DNA of 64,000 bases, taken from assembly GCA_965242485.1 (NCBI GenBank), contig CBDESM010000003.1, positions 1,819,759-1,883,758 of the forward strand, given 5' to 3'. Below are positions 63,892-64,000 of the stretch, in pieces (the first letter of the stretch is position 1; the number at the start of each line of letters is the position of its first letter). Below the pieces are notes generated by a model. That model saw only the letters and a program-made list of their open reading frames with translations, did no database searches and was not told the origin of the DNA. Source of the DNA: Dehalococcoidia bacterium (lineage in GTDB: Bacteria; Chloroflexota; Dehalococcoidia; Bin125). The position numbers and the translations under genes are program-made.

Positions 63892-64000
63892 ATGGACCCG
63901 GCATTCCCCGTCCTCTCGCTCCTGATCTTCCTGCCGATCGCCGGCGCGGCCCTGATCCTGATCCTGCCCGGCCGCCGCATGCCCACCCACGGCCTCTTCG
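63892..64000 (+). CDS. nuoM: NADH-quinone oxidoreductase subunit M, N-terminus only (runs off the window end)
   Basis: The ATG at 63892 has AGGGAG 5 nt upstream. The sequence MDPAFPVLSLLIFLPIAGAALILILPGRR... looks like a NuoM N-terminus, and the position after nuoL fits. Confidence 0.7.
   Translation, partial: MDPAFPVLSLLIFLPIAGAALILILPGRRMPTHGLF

Noticed and set aside
61639-63990. 783-aa minus-strand ORF antisense to nuoL (also 59327-60895 antisense to nuoH, and 51270-53531, 47832-49805, 31855-33651, 12957-14783, 10554-13007)
   Set aside because: All lie opposite strongly conserved genes and have junk-like Arg/Gly/Asp/Pro composition.

Overview
This is a 64-kb chromosomal segment from a very G+C-rich bacterium; third codon positions are almost always G/C, though I did not compute a G+C value. 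Gene content includes F420-type luciferase-like oxidoreductases, several Uma2 nucleases, cdaA-cdaR, comEA-comEC, der-plsY-gpsA and a reduced nuo cluster. That would fit a Chloroflexota/Thermomicrobia-like or deep actinobacterial genome, but taxonomy cannot be settled from this sequence. About 70 genes are supported. Left to right they are: two tandem copper amine oxidases (the first cut by the window edge), a Schlafen/AlbA_2 regulator, thiolase, amidohydrolase, Uma2 nuclease, class-III aminotransferase, a small Cys-rich secreted protein, a DHA2 MFS transporter, a fused double family-III CoA-transferase, a CMD-family protein, two more Uma2 paralogs, and a 1522-aa secreted Ig-repeat protein. Then comes a minus-strand operon (MoaD-like Ubl, BNR propeller, two EamA transporters), followed by RidA, an EEP nuclease, a low-GC DUF3800 islet, LLM plus an Rdx/SelW-like protein, and PhyH. 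Next are a TGA-interrupted D-[TGA]-G-S-C protein with a coupled 354-aa partner, two hydrolases, LLM, a PNPOx-like protein, a PD40 propeller, NUDIX-serS-methyltransferase, a PIN module, NIPSNAP, tRNA-Ser, ADH and tRNA-Leu. The window ends with comEC/comEA, argF, cdaA/cdaR, der, plsY, gpsA, HEAT, NUDIX, GNAT, a MaoC pair, PHP and nuoA-C-D-H-J-K-(DUF2007-like)-L-M. The most interesting signals are listed here. (1) An in-frame TGA at 32057 lies in a U-x-x-C context with a SECIS-like hairpin, and the extended frame is ATGA-coupled to an unknown 354-aa protein, so this is a likely selenoprotein module. (2) A second in-frame TGA at 25029 splits a six-Asp-box BNR propeller that is ATGA-coupled to a MoaD-like protein with a 19-aa tail beyond its GG. 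(3) A C12 homopolymer sits inside the promoter-like region of the giant secreted protein. (4) Two tandem, self-promoted, two-hairpin repeat units lie next to or antisense to the DUF3800 islet. (5) The nuo cluster lacks nuoB, nuoI and nuoEFG. The many long Arg/Pro/Ala-rich ORFs antisense to these genes are high-GC artefacts. No rRNA genes, CRISPR arrays or transposases were seen.
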